Positions 1-13,179 of a stretch of 64,000 nucleotides of DNA are shown here, one piece after another. The DNA lies in assembly GCA_009103225.1 (NCBI GenBank), contig RHPI01003369.1, positions 751,500 through 815,499 on the forward strand. Reading direction: 5' to 3'. Source of the stretch: Chlorokybus atmophyticus (taxonomy: Eukaryota; Plantae; Mesostigma and Chlorokybus algae). The translations under genes and the position numbers were made by a program. The notes under the pieces were generated by a model. It was given only the letters and a program-made list of their open reading frames with translations, ran no database searches and was not told the origin of the DNA. How positions within the stretch are numbered: position 1 is the first letter of the stretch; every line of letters begins with the position of its first letter.

Positions 1-510
1 AGAGGAAAAGAAAAACCCCTACCGTCAGGCCACAATCAGCCTGGTAGAGAGCGCCACCGGGCCAGGCCGAACCAGGCCAAGCCCAGTGGACAGTCACACA
101 GTCAAGTCACGTGATCCTGCGCACCTCGGTTAGCGTCGGGAGGGATCCGAGCGTTCGTTTTACCGAGAACCGAGATCTGCCCTTCTGGCAGAAGGCTGCT
201 TTCCGGGTTGCACTAACCGCGCCACTCACCGAGGTGGTCAACGCCGCACAACGATTTCTGTCCGCGCGCGCTTGTGCGCTTGTGCGCTCACGGTGGATCG
301 ATATCGCGGTCACAGAACGATATAGTATTTGGAATCGATCTCGAGGATATCAATCGCCCCTCAGGCGATTTGAAGTAATACATACAGCGGCAGCACAATT
401 TTCTTGCTTAGGCCCATGCACGCATGCTCAGCCTTTTGCCCGGCTAGTTTGCTTGACCGTCTTTGCTGCTTGGTGGCTTGAATTAGCGCCGTCTTGTGTG
501 CTTCGCCCTC

Positions 511-3109
511 ATGGCGGCGGGGGGTCAGCTGGCTGCCAGCATCAGGCATGTGCAGGTTGGTGGATGCAACTCTTCACCTGAGCTGGGATGGTCGTTGGTG
601 ATGACTGTTTCTGCAACCGTGTAAAAGTCTTCGTACCTGGCTTTCATATCCATTTTGCGCATAAAAGTTGGATAGCGCATTTTGCTGCTTCGGATGGTCT
701 CAAAGACAACTCAGTCAACTCAGTTTGGCTGCCTTGCAAGCCGTAGCTACTGCAGCTTGGTGCAGTCCGTCCACCCCATGCAAGCAGCACAGGACTCGTG
801 ACTATTTCAATACAAACATAGAGAGAACAATGCTCATAAAGACACGTGTAGACACATGCCTGCACAGAGGCGTAAATCTGCGTACACGCGCGAGCACCAA
901 CTTGCGCACAGAGCGCACGCACCCACCATGTGCCCTTGCACCGATGCACTGTTGGCAACACGAGATTGTGTGCGTGTGTGTCTACGTACATGAGCAGCCA
1001 ATTTCTCATCTACACACGACCTATCCTCTTGCGCGCACACACACAACTTGCTCATCCCAACCCGAAAACAGTCTCCAAACCACGCTCACCCTCACCCTCA
1101 CACCCTCGCTTCCAGACTCTGATGCGCGAGGTGTACGGCGACTACACCCCATCAACAGCATGGCGTCCTCGCCCCTTCCACGCTCGCGCCGGCGGTCGCT
1201 ACCTCTGGTCGGACGCGTTCGGCGTGTGCGACTACCTGTCGCTGCACGGGGCCACGAGGGATGAAGCGTACGTCGCGCAGGCCGACGCGGTCGTGAGGGA
1301 CGTGCATGATGTACTAGGGAAGAGGAGGGATGGGAGAGGGAGGATTGATGGGGCGAGCGAGGAGAAGCCGACCGCGGGGGGACTGCGTATTGGGAAGGTG
1401 GGGTGATGCATGTTGGGTGCAGTATCAACAACACCAAGAGCATTGTCGCAAGCACGGCAGTGAGTCTGAGTCGTACACCCAACGAAGTGTGAGTCATACT
1501 CAACCCAACATCATCTGCTTTAGTCATGTTGAAGGTTGACTTGCATCACTCTGCTATGAACCCTACATCGCCCCATGTACTCTCTCGGAATGGTACCGCA
1601 TGTACACGCAGAGAGTGGGGTGCAGGAGGACGACGAGAGCGAGCCGGACGGCGACGGGCAGTACTTCCACTACCTCACCAAGTGGATGTTCGCGCTGAGC
1701 CGCATGAGCACTGCCACTCGAGATGATAAGTACCAGCGCTGGGCGGTGGAGCTCGCAAAGGCCGCGCACCACAACTTTGTCCGGAGGTAGTGCGTAATGC
1801 CATGATCCTATTGTCTTACACTTACACTCACAGGTCACACACTTCTTTTGGTGTGTGCTTTAGCACACAGAGCATGCAGTACTGGCATCCAGTAGCTGTA
1901 CGTGTACTGCCAATCAATGCAATTTGCATTTGCTTGCTTGCACAACACTACTTACCGGTTTTATCTGTCAACAGGGAAAGGGGCTTCCAACGCATGTACT
2001 GGAAAGTCAGCATCGATGGTACGCGGCCACTTGTCAACAGCGAGGGGAACCTCGACCCGTACGACGGTCTCGTCGCGTACAGACTTCTGATGGAAACGTA
2101 AGGCAGGCATGTTTGTCCTTCAGTGTATGGTTCATTTATGTGGCTTCGTTGGGAAGCTCGCTAAGGCTTCCTGGAGCAAGAGCTGTTGTGTACACTCACT
2201 GTACGTAGCGTGTAGTCAAAGCCAGCAGCTTTTGCAACAGTTGTCAAGGCACGCACTTGCATGGAACCACCCATGGACATGCATGCGTGCGCACGTGCGC
2301 AGTCATGGGTGCACCCATGCACACACGCACCCATGCGCAAACACGCATACCAACATACGCCCCCACAATCACGCATTAAGCATTCGGTATTTCAAAACGC
2401 TTGAACCGGAAGTTCTGATGTCTGCAAAGGCAGAGACTTACGCGCTCTCATACAGTAACCCCGACCCGCACGAGCTGGACGCCGAGATATCAGACTTCCA
2501 GTCAATGGTGGAGGCTCGCTACCCATCATTCCGGACGTCGGACCCGCTGGACCTGGGAGAGGCGCTGTGGCTGGCATCGTGGTACCCGGGCGAGGCGTGG
2601 GCCCGCCACGTCGTGCGCGAGGGACTCTCCAGCGCAGATCGCCTGTGGCGACTCGGATACTTTGAACAGCCGCTGGGACACAGACTAATGTTCAGGGAGA
2701 TGGGCACGACGATGGGGATTCAGGTGACATTTTGTTGATGTTGTTGTTGTTGTTGTTGTTGTTGTTGTGTGTTTGGTTGTTGATTGCTGCATGTTGTGAG
2801 ATGCAACAACCGATGGGATTGGGAGTTGTTGTTTTTGTCCATTGATGCTAGTGTAAACAGCTGTCAAACTCAGATTGGCAGCAGCAGCAATTGTTGTTGT
2901 TACGGAATGCGCGTGCGCTTGTACTAATCACACCTGTTTCCTTGCAGGCGGTGTTGGCGGCGCCAGAAAACGCCATCTGGTCGCAGCGTGTGGATGCACT
3001 GCACGCATTCTGGCGCGACAAGGTGTTCGAGCGCGACCGCGACATATCGCCCCTGATGTATGCCGCGAGCGCGCTGATGTGGCCGGGAGTGTGGAAGCGA
3101 GCGGAGTGA
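511..3109 (+). CDS. Conserved hypothetical protein of the RYLWxDAF family (six-hairpin-glycosidase-like fold suspected), 6 exons
   Basis: Exons joined by GT-AG in continuous frame: 511-555 (MAAGGQLAASIRHVQ), 1116-1397 (TLMREVYGD...GGRYLWSDAFGVCDYL...VHDVLGK...GGLRIGK), 1626-1786 (EDDESEPDGDGQYFHYLTKWMFALSR), 1975-2097 (RMYWKVSIDG...GNLDPYDG), 2456-2723 (DPLDLGEALW...GHRLMFREMG), 2948-3109 (stop). Motifs RYLWxDAF, GGLRIGK, DGQYFHYLTKWMFAL and RLxFRE are recalled from a family of bacterial, archaeal and fungal hypothetical proteins. Confidence 0.85.
2740..2768 (+). repeat. (GTT)n microsatellite in intron 5 of the RYLWxDAF gene
   Basis: Direct read: about 9-10 tandem GTT units. Confidence 0.9.
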
Positions 3110-3624
3110 GGGGAGGCTTGCGCAGTATGAACTAGCTTGTTGTGCGCTGAGGATGTCTCACTTTCTAGAGAGCGGGCAAGTTGGTTGGTGCACATGTACC
3201 GAGTTGTGTTGACTAATAAATTGACTGCAAGTCTGTCAAGAAGTTTAAGGATTGGCCACCAACTACACGAGAGGTTGTGCCACACGTGATGTGCTGAGCA
3301 GTTGGATGCAAGTGATGCTTGCCAGAAACCGCATGCGAGTGGCCTCAAACTAGAACAACACCACGCAGCTATCCCTGTATTTTATTCTTAAGCTCTCACA
3401 CACATTTTCATCACACACGTCCTACACAGACAACACCTCAAGTACAACTACAACGACGCCAGCTATTGTCTACTATTTGCACTGGTTGACACTACTTGTG
3501 CAGGGCTAACCAAACATGACGTGCGCCACATGCGGCGTCCTGTACACAGAACACACTACAACCAATGCTGAAAGAGTGCCATTTCCGTCTTCTGTTGCAT
3601 CTGGCTGCTGTTTCGCAAAGAACA

Positions 3625-6600
3625 TTAAGGTACCTCAGGGAGAGTCATTGGGACCTCCTCAATTGGGTCACCAGTGTGCAAGCGTGGTTCCGAGGCGCGT
3701 GTGTTCTCGTAGTAGAGGAGGACATCAAACTGCTTCGTCAATTGACTTCTCCCATAGTAGCGGCGCTGACGGTCACGCTCCCAGGTGTACACGACCCCGA
3801 TGTAGCGCAAGCAGAGGTCTTCCTTGTCCAACACCCGCGTTGCTTCATTATCATCTCTGAAGCTGTGCCAAAACGCTGGCAACCCCGACTGCATAAAATA
3901 CACACAACAAAAGAACATTGAGATACAAGCCAGGGTGTCCTCTCCAGTAACACACAGAGTAGCCAATGCACATGGAGCCACCTGGTGAAGTAAGTGTTCG
4001 TAAGTGTCTTCGTTGGCCGGGACGATGGCCAATCGCTCAGGAGGTTCGCCCCACTCCGCAGCCGCAGTCACGGTGCCGGTGTAGTTAACCTGCAATGTTT
4101 TCACCAGTAAGCGCAGCCGTAGCAGCTTCATTGGGTTGGACCAGATGAGCGCTGCTACCTGTGCTATGAGGTATGTCTTCTCGCGCCGTGCTTTTCGCGC
4201 ACTAATTGGCCGAGACTGATCTCAAATCTGTTTGGACACCTCTTTCTCCTCGATGAGTTAATAATTGCTCACTAGCAAGCAGACGCAGTCATGCAGCGTT
4301 AGCGCAAAGCAAATTGGCAACGGTAACAGAACGTTGGCACTTGTGCCGACACCCAACTTCACGGCTGCACAGTCGCATCGTTGTATAACATGCAGTCACT
4401 GCAATTATGGCATTGTTTGGATGGTGTGTTCAAGAGCTTGCTCACTATGAACATAAATAGTCATGTGTGCATGACTACAACACGAAACAACTAGCGCGTG
4501 ATTGATGGTAAGGTGCATGCACTGCTTGGCCAGCACACCTTGCCAACAAATGCACATGCTTGGGCAAACTGTTTAAGACTGTGCATCATACGCACAGTCA
4601 AGTGCATATGGCAGCATATCAAAACAGCATAGTGAGCGACTTAGCACCATCAGAGCTTACCTGGGACATGTTGCCCATGTCGTCGCGCGTGCGTCACCTG
4701 CCTGCGAGTTGTGCGCCCACACTACAATCTTGGTACCCGTTCCGAAACACTTCTGGTCCAGGTACGCAATCAGTGCCTGCACATGCTCACGTAAGGATAC
4801 ACGCACTGTGAGCGGAGAGCGTGTCAGCACAGTTTTGCATAGGTGCCCCCCTTGCATGCGCACATCAAGAATCTTTATCATGTGCTGTTCCCGAACATTC
4901 CGAGATTCATCCAGCGCCAAGAACATAGACTTGTTGTATTGCTCTGAATCTGTGAATACAGCGCGACAAACAATTGATGCTGGTCACACTTTGATTACTT
5001 ATACGCAGACAATCACAATCAAGCTGAAGGCGCAGTACAAAGCCAGATGGCAACAAGGACGCAAGCGTACCAACGACTATCAGCGCACTCTGCTCTGCGT
5101 AGAAGAAGTCGTCTGCGAGTTCATTCTGGTTGCGGGTGCCCTTATTTAGCAACTCGTGTTTCCTCTTCAGCATGTCGTTGAGCATGTTCCAGACGTGCTG
5201 CTGGCAATCCGCACAGCCAAGGCTACCTGCAGCCAGTAAGAGCAAAGGCTCAGATATACCATAGTCAGGCCTTGTGTTTGCGTGTTTCAAAACATCTGGC
5301 TGAAAGGTTGCGTCGTATCTGCAAGCCCATACCTGTGGAAGCAACAGCAGTTGCAGTCACAAAGTTACAATGCAGCTTGACACTGCCTGCTCGTTCAAGT
5401 TGGAAAAGCATACCACTGCTCGGAGCGGAATGCATCAAAGCACGCATACCGCTCCCTGACCAGCTCAAACAGTTCATGGTCTTCTGTTCCCCGGAAGCGA
5501 AGCACAGCCTGCATGGCCTCGCGCATGCAGTACAGGTCCAGGCCTGCACTAGTTCAGCACATAATTCCAGTACCAATGCTTAGGTGCGTTTGCAAGCTCA
5601 GTACAATAGCAATAGTGTCCCGGTCAGCAACGAGTGCTCACCATAAACGCCTATCAGACCAGGGCCATACGGGTCTGCATGCCACAGAGTATAGGCCCGG
5701 TCGGGTTGATAGCAATGTATCCAGCATTGCACTACAGTCGTCAGTACTAAACCGGACAAGTGTTATGACCGCCACCCGTACTTTGGGCTTCAGCCTGCGA
5801 GCACATCTGCTTGTTACTGGCATCTTTGCACAACAGCCTCGCATTGCCAATCAGAGCTACCAATGCACTGGAAAGGGACTTACGATTCCTAATTGTGAAC
5901 GCAGCCACCTGTTGTACTCTCGAAGCCAGCCAACAAAGTCCAAAACGTCAGCGTTTCGCCACATCCAAGGTGGAAACCTCCTGTGCATATGTTTCGTGCA
6001 ATCATGATCACATTGCGTCCAATCAGAAGTAATTGTCACACTGTGGAACATGACAACTCACGGCTTCAAGTTGTTGCGTTGCATGAAGGATGCTTGACAA
6101 ATGCACCTTAGCACTGTACTCTCACCGACTTTGCAATTCTTACGCTTGCTAACCTGAGTGTAGACAAGGCTTCAGCCGCCACTGTTATGCTGTTGTCCAC
6201 GCCGCGCACAAAGCGGTTGACTCGGTAAGCGTCCGGCCAGTCGGCTTCTAGCGCAACTGCTCTGAAACCGTGCTCCTCTATCAGCCTCCTGTGCGCCACG
6301 CATCATACAATGGACATCACTCAGCGTTTAATCAACTTGTGGCCCAACGGCAAACAGAACAGAACAATCGCAGAAAGCAGGCTCTGCCGCTCACCAGCCC
6401 TGTGCTGACACTAACGTAGTGTGACACTACGTTAGTGTCAGCACAGGGCAAGAAAAGAGCAGCGCTGCTCTTTTCTGCATCTTTTTCTTTGTTTCTTTGT
6501 TGTTGCTGATGCCTCGCCCGCAGGGGAGGGGGGGGACCGGGGGGGGAAGGGGGCATGCCCCTGACCAGTTACGCACCTGGTCATGATTGCATGTTGGTTG

Positions 6601-7126
6601 GAAAAAGTCCTGCGTGTCGTGCGATCCCTCGCCAATCAGCACAGATTGTGCTTTGCCGGCCTCTTCAACTAGTTTATCGTAGGACGTAGCAAGCCCGTGA
6701 GCTACACAGCAGGCAACGAGTGCAGGTAACCGTATTAGAGCTTGTTTTGCTGAAAATAATAAGCAGCAAAGATTGAAAACACGTGTTGCGTAACAGCTTT
6801 GCTTTATCTAACAGCTGGATGCAGTCGCTGACAAAAGAATAGAAGCCTCAGCCAAGCGTGAGGCTGAAGCTCAAGTTGAAGCTGCAATTCCATTGACAAG
6901 CAATAGTGCAAGCTCCCCGCAACTTGCATAAACACTGCTGCAACGCCAAATTTGCCACGGGCTATCCACGCTTAGCATAAGTGCCCACTTTGATGGCATG
7001 CTGACGAATGCAGTCCCCCTGGCTGGAAGCAGCATGGGGCCTTTCCAAGCCCCAAACCAACCAAGGGTTGGCTTCTCCTGCTGCTGCTGGCGGAAGCGGC
7101 ACATGCAGGCCGGCTCCCTCAGCCAT
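3625..7126 (-). pseudogene. Erythromycin esterase family gene, copy A (full length, disrupted)
   Basis: Exons encode MAEGAG...CIRQHAIK | LTGLATSYDKLVEEAGKAQSVLIGEGSHDTQDF | [27 protein letters not shown] | RFPPWMWRNADVLDFVGWLREYN | WAHNSQAGDARAT | ...RYIGVVY...KQFDVLLYYENTRA. Lesions relative to copies B and C: one extra base in exon 2 (A-run 6602-6606; 30 nt versus 29 nt from the Asp codon to the donor), micro-exon donor GT mutated to AT (5317-5318), and a 1-nt deletion near 4183-4185. Confidence 0.85.
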
Positions 7127-7189
7127 CGCCTTCAAGATGACGCCACCACCACCGCCTGCAGCTTAGCCAGCGCAGGCGAGACGCTGCGG

Positions 7190-7563
7190 CTAGCTAGCGT
7201 GTGTAGAACAGGCTTGCTTGTGCTGAACACGCGTGTGTGCATGCAAACAACCACTGAAAAGCTCCCCTCCACAGTGTAGTATTCCAGAAGCAGGTGCCAA
7301 AAGCTGCCAACAGCAAACCGCGTGGCCGTAGCCTTTGACGATGAAGTGTTGAGCTGTGGACAGCTGATGGACACGCTTGAGCGCAATGCTGCCAAACTCA
7401 TCCGCGTTGGTGCAAGTGAAAAGCACCCACCGCTGACTTGTGACGTGTGAGTTGATGGCAAAGCCATCAACTGATGTGCTTGCGTCGATGTTGCTGCCAA
7501 CGCCATCATCATCATCCAGCAAAACTAGTGCAACGCTAGACATCATGGCCATCATCGTCTGCT

Positions 7564-7596
<33 letters not shown>

Positions 7597-8750
7597 GGCG
7601 GCGGTGCTTCTGCCCGAAGGCACTGCCGCAGCAAGGCTTGCCAGTTCAGTATCGCTCAGAGCTTGAACTAGCGCTACAGAGTGTCTGGCTAGCGTTGGGT
7701 CTTGCGTGTTGAACGTATGAAGTGGCGGGTTCATGCATGCACAAGGCGTTGCTGTGCCTCGCTGAAGCAAGCTGAAGGAAGCGACTCCGTGCGAAACCGC
7801 TTACCCAGCATCAGCGTGGCTGGCTCTATCGCTGTGCAAAAATGAGCTGTAAGCAACAGTTATTGCTTGTGTTTGGTTTTTCAACATCTGCTATGACGAT
7901 ACCTGTGCATTGCCGCAATGCACAGGTATCGCTGACAGCTTAAGTCAGCTGTCAGCAACAGCGTTCGCAGGAGATTGGCACGTTGCATGGCACAGCGTCA
8001 TGTGGCAGTTTGTGATGGTGCAAAGATGAGATGTGATTGAACGGACTTGCAGCACTGCCAGTGATGTGTCGTCACCTCCTGTGACGACATGTGTATGTCG
8101 TGCACAGATATGTGTCTCAAGTTCATGAAAGCTTCAAGCACATCAGATTGACGTACTTGCGGATAGCAGAAGCCAGCGCTGCCATGCCAGCCTGAGGCCC
8201 CCCCGCCGCCGCCGTCATCGCTGCTGCTGTGCTTTGGCCGGAAGGCGGCATTAACGTCAGGGGCTTGCTGACTGTGCTCTTGGGTGGCGGCGACTTCTTT
8301 GTGGTGGACTGCTTCTGCGCAAAGTCTGTCTGCCGCAGCAGCCTGCATGTGCTCCACAAGCATCGCCGAGTTGAAGCTGCACGAGGCTGGCCCGTGTGTA
8401 CTGACTGTGTAAAGTGGCGGCGACACGTGCACACGCAAAGACTGAGACAGCAGAAGGCTGCCTACTCGGCCTACTGCTCGCTCTGGCAGCGACAGCTCAG
8501 CGGCTGGCTGGCTCTGATGCTGTGCAAAGGCACCGGTAGGCTATACAGCCAGCACCTAGGCAACAATGCTTGCTTTCCGCTCCGCATGTGTTATGCTGGT
8601 ACCATTACCTTGACGCTGGAAGATGGGAGAGGAGTGCTTGTCCTATCTTTGTTGTGCACTTGCAAGCGTTGGCATACACAACGATTCCTCCACAGTACAA
8701 GGGTGGCTATTCTACTGTTGGGCTCTGGGCTGTCAATTAGCTTGTAGGCC
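7190..8750 (-). CDS. Possible multi-exon hypothetical or degenerate gene
   Basis: Several open stretches bounded by splice-like signals, e.g. ccag|AYKLIDSPEPNSRIATLVLWRNRCVCQR...|gtaatg (about 8609-8748) and ctag|LLDDDDG...WVLFTCTNADEFGSIALKR (7190-7525). I could not join them into one consistent frame and recognise no domain. Confidence 0.25.
7566..7604 (+). repeat. (GCC)n trinucleotide repeat
   Basis: Direct read of about 10 tandem GCC units followed by GCG units. Confidence 0.9.
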
Positions 8751-11700
8751 TGGAGTGTGAAAGAGAGCGGGTGAGAGAGGCTTGAGCGTGTTGCGCTGGC
8801 ACACTTTGGTAAGCTTGTGCTACAGGTGTCCCACTTGCTGGCGTGCATAACAAAGTCAGAATGGTAGTGAGTCCGGAGAGACGGCGCAATGGTTTGATGG
8901 AGCTAGCGTTGGGTCTTCTGTGTTGCAGTAGACTGTGTGAGGTGACTGCCGACACATGTAGGCTGGATGACTCTGTTTCTGTCACAGCGGCAAGTATTGG
9001 TTGTTGTATCTTGTTACACGGGCAGCATGCAATCTGGTACAAGTCAGTTCTTTACTATGTTCTACTCCCAAAGGGAAGTGCGTGCCGGTACCAGTATATT
9101 ACAACACTGCGACTGAATCGATGCACTGGCCAATTGGTAGGTAAGTGCTGCTTGAGCGCTCGTAGGGAGGCATGCAGGTTATCATATTTTGCTCAAAATC
9201 GTGCAAGATGCAGGTAGGCACAGCCTTCAAAGCTGTTCCCACCACTCAGTGACCAACTTCTATCACAGACAAAGTTGATCACTTGGTCAAACACTGCTTA
9301 TAGCATATAGGATGCAGGGATTTTGGCATGCAAGAAAGTGTGAGGCATGCATCGCAAGTCACATACTACAGCACTCAGCACTTGCATTCGTCACCGTGCG
9401 TTCCACCTACTCATTACCTACGCTTTACTACTGCCCAACCTTGTTAGACATGCAGGCAGGCAGGCAGGCAAGCGCCATTACTCCAATGACATTGGCAGTT
9501 GTCATTGCTCCCCATGTACTCAGACTTTGGTTTTAATCTTTGATGTTTAGCACTGCCATGCATGCCAACAGGGCGGGCTCTAATTACCGAACACTACCTA
9601 TGCATGCAGGGTGCTCCCGGTCAAGCACCCACCTTACCACACCACCACCACATAGCATCACGCATCGCAACATGCCCGCCTTATGCCTTAACATAGGGTA
9701 GCCAGCCGCTCACCAAGACCGCATGGACTGGCCCCTGGCACGGGAACGGCTACGCCTGTGTATTTAAAAGCACGTGCATGCACAACCTTAATACCACATA
9801 GCTTAGTATGTACTACCAGTACGTATTAAGCGTAGTACATTGACACGTAATACGTTGCGTAAATTGATAAGGTGTCAGCATGGAGTGACCATATTGCTCA
9901 TATTCGGCGAGCTTGTGATGCTCGGCCGCATGCTCTTCACGGAACACGGAATGTGATTACTCGATGCTGTCTACGTCATTGGTAGGTGTGTACCACGACA
10001 TAGGTGTCTTTATAGCCATGTGTACATTATGCGATCATGACAATAGTCATTGATCAGCTGTGCATACAATAGTTTTTTAACGTTGTACTACTATTACTAT
10101 GCAGGGAATACATGTATAAATGTACACATAACTCATGAGTGGATTGGCTTGACCGAGACAGTTGTAACATAGCTTTTGTAATATATAGGCTCATTATTAC
10201 GCACTTAGTGTTGCCTTGCGGCAGCGTGTAATCATGACATGCATGTCTGCATCGCGTAGCGTATGCCATGTGCAAATAAGGAGTCCTCAAAGGTCAGCAA
10301 ACAATGTCATACAACCACTGGATTATTTGCATGCTTTAAGCTCATCCATCATATGGATTATAGTAGTGAACAAAGTTATTGTTGCATCCAATGCATGCCA
10401 ACACCATGTGTTGCTTACAATTTTTAATATACACACATATGATTGCTAATGTTAAAAGGATACTAGCGGGTCACTTATTAGTTGATAAGATGATAAGGTA
10501 ACAGTCCAAGGTGGCTGCTAAGTTCAATAGCACATGTCCATGCCTGTGCCTGACAGCACTTCACATATCATATACACATGTTGCCTTTGCCAAGTATTGA
10601 CGCTTTCGGCCCGCCGGCGGCTGCGTATGAACATACAATCCTTCAACCAAACTTGTGGATGCTACGATAAAATACAACAGATTGCAGTATGTAATCTTTC
10701 ACATATATTATACTATATATGTTGTGAAATGTTTATCACCAAACATGTAGGGAGGTACTCCTCAACCTTATAAACAGCAACCAAAGGTGACATCAATGAT
10801 AATGAGTATGTATTCATCGCTTAGAAATCCAAGAGTTTTACAAATGGGTACAACAGATAGTATGCTGCATGCCATGCATGCATGGGTGTCATTCACAACA
10901 AGCACATGCACAACATGCAACTCCGTATCATACATAACTCACCACCGTACTACGCTACCTACGCTATTACTACCCTACACGCTGTTTGCCGTGTGTGTGC
11001 ATTTGCTTTTGTAAACATGAAAACTTAACTGCTCGTTAATTTAACAATTTGGGCAATATACTTCGGTTATCATGTCAAATTTTGTCTTGTAACTTAAGGT
11101 AGGAGAAGTATAATAGATGACATGTGAAGAGGAATAAATGGGATGTGCACAAAATTGCATATGCCAACATATGTGCATACGTGCAGCGGCTTCACATAGG
11201 TGCTGTCTCAAACCTCAGGCAAGGCATGTCGCATGTGATCCATACTTGCACTGGCTCGTGTTCACATGGGAGCCAAGGGCTGGCCACTGGTAATGGTTAC
11301 CTCGAGGACAGTACAAAAATACAGCTTGCTGTCGCACACATGTGAAGTAGTGCATGATGCACATTCCACGTGCCTCACATTTCAACACATGCTGGCACAG
11401 CAGCACACCCTTTCGTACACAATCAAATCACACACAACGCCCCAACACATATGCAACCACTTAGCTAAGCCACCTCGTTTCTTTCTCTACCATTGACTCT
11501 ACGGCTCTACTTAGTAGTAGTCTCAGTTAGTACCGCCAGCCCTGATTGGTAACAAATTCGTGATTGCCTGCACAAAATACCGTGTGCGGACGCCCGCCAT
11601 CCCCCAACTGTCCAAACATCTGAACTCTCACCATTGTTGCTCAGTTGTTTGTGATGGTGAGCTGTTCAACAACAACAAATTGCGACTGACGTTGTTTGCA

Positions 11701-11924
11701 TGCAGATGTGAAAGTGAAGGTCGCTGTGGTTGAGTCAGGGTAGGTAGCTGTGCAGCTGTGGTCAAGTCAACTATACTTGAAGGTGCACAGCGCTTGACAT
11801 GTGGTAGCGCATAAAGCAGAAACAGCAACTACACTGCAGCTCTTTGATTAATAGCAACTGTGGAACGTAGACGTGCTCACCACTGTGCACATGCTGAATA
11901 AGCGCCCATGACGCAGTTCACAAC

Positions 11925-12503
11925 AGAGTTCAATCCGGTATAACCTGCGCGACCTCCTCAATGGGCACCGGCATCGTTCTCGAGGGGCTCCAAAGCACAC
12001 ATTTGTTCATAGTACTGGAGGGCGTCAAACTGCTTGGTCAGGTTTCCTTTCCCATAGTAATGGTGCCGTCGGTCTTGCTCGGTGTTGTACATCACCCCAA
12101 TGTAACGCATGAAGTGGTTCTCTTTGTCCAACATCTGTGTCGCCTTTTAATGTCCCTGAAGCAAAGCCAAAAAGCCGGCAATCCCGACTGCACACCGGTA
12201 AGGGACAATCAGTGAGCGTACATCGTTTGTATTACATTCAATTGTGCACCGGGTGGCAATGCAACCAACATTGAGCACCTGATGCAGCAAGTTCTCGCAC
12301 GAATCCTCTTGGCCTGGGCACGAGCGACATGCGTTCAGGACGCTCACCCCATGCCGGAGCGGCAATAACGTTCCCAGCAAACGCTGTCTGGTTACATCCC
12401 CAAGTTGGACAACCAGTTGTATACCTTCAATGAGCGACAGAGGCTGGGATAGCATTGCAACATACTTGCCCTATGAGGAACGACTTGTCAGTGCCATATA
12501 CGG
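11925..12503 (-). pseudogene. Erythromycin esterase family 3' fragment, copy D (remnants of last three exons)
   Basis: Remnants YGTDKSFLIGQ|gt (12466-12500), FAGNVIAAPAWGERPERM / CPGQEDSCENLLHQ|gt (frameshifted) and SGLPAFWL / QMLDKENHFMRYIGVMYNTEQDRRHHYYGKGNLTKQFDALQYYE (frameshifted). No upstream exons found. Confidence 0.85.
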
Positions 12504-13179
12504 ATGGTGTTGTCTGCTCACCTCAGCAACCACATTTTGAGGGGTTTAGATATGATTACACCTCTGCGGCCTATGCCAACCGCGTGTGCCTATAACAGAC
12601 GCTCGGTTCAACACTAGTAAGTTGTAGACATAGGGTGATGGTAAAGTGGAGTTGCTAGGAAAGCTAACAACTGGTTTGTGCAATATGTTTGAACGTGTGT
12701 CATTGGCACTGGGTCACCAACTATTATCAATATGTGGCGACACAATTGTACACATGAACACATAATTTGTTACATGAGGTGGTAGTACATGAAGCATTCA
12801 AAATGTGCTGGAGTGTTGAATGTGTTGGCCAACATAATCTGCACCACAAAATTGATTACATCAGTAGCGTTTGCATAAGCAATTATGCTGGTGAAGTTGT
12901 ACACATGTTGCAGCACTAAAAGGACACACAGCCGAGGGCGGTATGGAGTGTAAGCATATACGATGGCGGCGTGCTGTATGGAGGCTGACATGCGCCCGCG
13001 TGGGGTGTGTGTTGGGTGTGCGTAAGGTCCGTGTGACATGGGTCAGAGGTGTGACGTGTGTGTGTCTCGTGTGTGGAATGTGCGATCGAGCTTGTTTACG
13101 ATAAAAAATATATGCCTTGGAAGAAGTTGTGACATGCAACGCACCAACGACACAGCACACCACCAAGTACTCACATGAA

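Noticed and set aside
107-1264. Overlapping ORFs 111-581 and 668-1264
   Set aside because: Explained by the promoter/5' UTR and intron 1 of the RYLWxDAF gene; no domain signal.
9725-9780. GC-rich box plus TATTTAAAAG and CACGTG, snRNA/Pol III promoter-like
   Set aside because: No recognisable RNA gene or coding exon follows.
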